Origin: an uncultured delta proteobacterium
GTDB taxonomy: Bacteria; Myxococcota_A; Polyangia; Fen-1088
DNA length: 64,000 bases
Direction of reading: 5' to 3'
NCBI GenBank assembly: GCA_963796685.1
Contig: CAWCMR010000013.1
Span: 636,605-700,604, forward strand
The notes beneath the pieces were generated by a model. That model did not search any database and was not told where the DNA came from. It was given only the letters and a program-made list of their open reading frames with translations. This document shows positions 63,106 to 64,000 of this stretch, one piece after another (positions within the stretch are counted from its first letter, which is position 1; every line of letters starts with the position of its first letter). A program made the position numbers and the translations under genes.

Positions 63106-64000
63106 TCACCCGCGGGTTCCGTCCGATTCCATGCTGCCGAGTCGATCAGCGACAAAGGCGCCTAGACGCCCTTCGATGATAGCCCGTCTGGCGCCCCGAA
63201 CTAGATTCAAGTAATACTGTAGGTTATGCAGTGTAGCTAGCCGGTAATAAAGGATTTCCTTCGATCTGAACAGGTGCGAAAGATAGCCCAAGCTGTAGCG
63301 CCTGCATGCCTCGCACGGACACGATTCATCGATGGGCTTTGGGTCGTCCCGGTGGCTGGTGTTGGCGATGTTGAGGTGCCCCATCGGCACGAAGAGGTGC
63401 CCGTTGCGGGCGTTGCGGGTGGGCATCACGCAATCGAACATGTCGATGCCAGAGGCGATGCCGACCAGCAAATCCTGTGGCCGCCCCACCCCCATGAGAT
63501 AGCGAGGCCGTTCGACCGGCATCCTCGGCGCCACCTCTCCCACCACCGCGTGCATCACCTCGGGCGGCTCGCCCACGGATAGCCCGCCCAGGGCCAGGCC
63601 ATCGAAGGGCATGGCGCCAATCTCGGCCAGGTGCCCCAGGCGAAGCTCCACGCTCGTCCCCCCTTGCACGATGCCGAAGCGCAATTGGCCGGACAGGGGT
63701 GGCGCATCCAGGCACCGCCGCGCCCAGCGCGTGGTCCGTTCCATGGCGCTGCAAACCACCGCTCCCTCCGCGTCCGAGGGCGGGCACTCGTCGAAGGCCA
63801 TGGCCACGTCGCTACCCAGGGCGACCTGGATGGCCATGGCGGACTCCGGCGTGAGGCGCTGCGCGCTGCCATCGACGTGCGACTGGAAAGTCACGCCATC
63901 CTCATCGATAGTGCGTCGGCCGCTCTGGCTGAAGACCTGGAAGCCGCCCGAATCGGTCAGGATGGCGCGTGGCCAAGCCATGAATTCATGCAGGCCACCC
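63106..64000 (-). CDS. tgt: Queuine tRNA-ribosyltransferase, 5'-truncated by the window edge
   Basis: LTDSGGFQVFS, GIVQGG, PRYLMGVG, DMFDCVMPTR and C.C..C...H motifs. Confidence 0.95.
   Translation of the reverse strand, partial: GGLHEFMAWPRAILTDSGGFQVFSQSGRRTIDEDGVTFQSHVDGSAQRLTPESAMAIQVALGSDVAMAFDECPPSDAEGAVVCSAMERTTRWARRCLDAPPLSGQLRFGIVQGGTSVELRLGHLAEIGAMPFDGLALGGLSVGEPPEVMHAVVGEVAPRMPVERPRYLMGVGRPQDLLVGIASGIDMFDCVMPTRNARNGHLFVPMGHLNIANTSHRDDPKPIDESCPCEACRRYSLGYLSHLFRSKEILYYRLATLHNLQYYLNLVRGARRAIIEGRLGAFVADRLGSMESDGTRG

Overview
High-GC bacterial chromosomal DNA, most likely Myxococcota (Polyangia-like). The evidence is a CdbA-type RHH protein, a TSP3-OmpA outer-membrane protein, a DUF6178-like protein and Cys-rich lipoproteins. 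Most of the window is housekeeping: rlmI, dnaG-rpoD, rpsB-tsf-pyrH-frr, ino1, rarA, dacB, a Gld-like ABC operon, skp-fabZ, purL, PPi-pfk-fba, lepA-lepB, elbB and tgt. There are two mobile elements. (1) A complete group IIC-like intron (43486-45561, minus strand) is inserted inside a REP-like hairpin. (2) A ~9.5 kb capsid-less PICI/P4-like satellite (51860-61376) is integrated in the 3' end of tRNA-Met. It carries int, alpA, a PrimPol-D5 helicase, an iteron-like origin, a second primase-type wHTH protein, orphan genes and a PIN toxin-antitoxin pair. Several short palindromic repeat families occupy gene junctions. skp abuts fabZ with no lpxD or lpxA. Single-base frameshifts in essential genes (rpoD, frr) point to uncorrected long-read indel errors rather than pseudogenes. 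All family calls come from motif recognition by eye; no searches were run.
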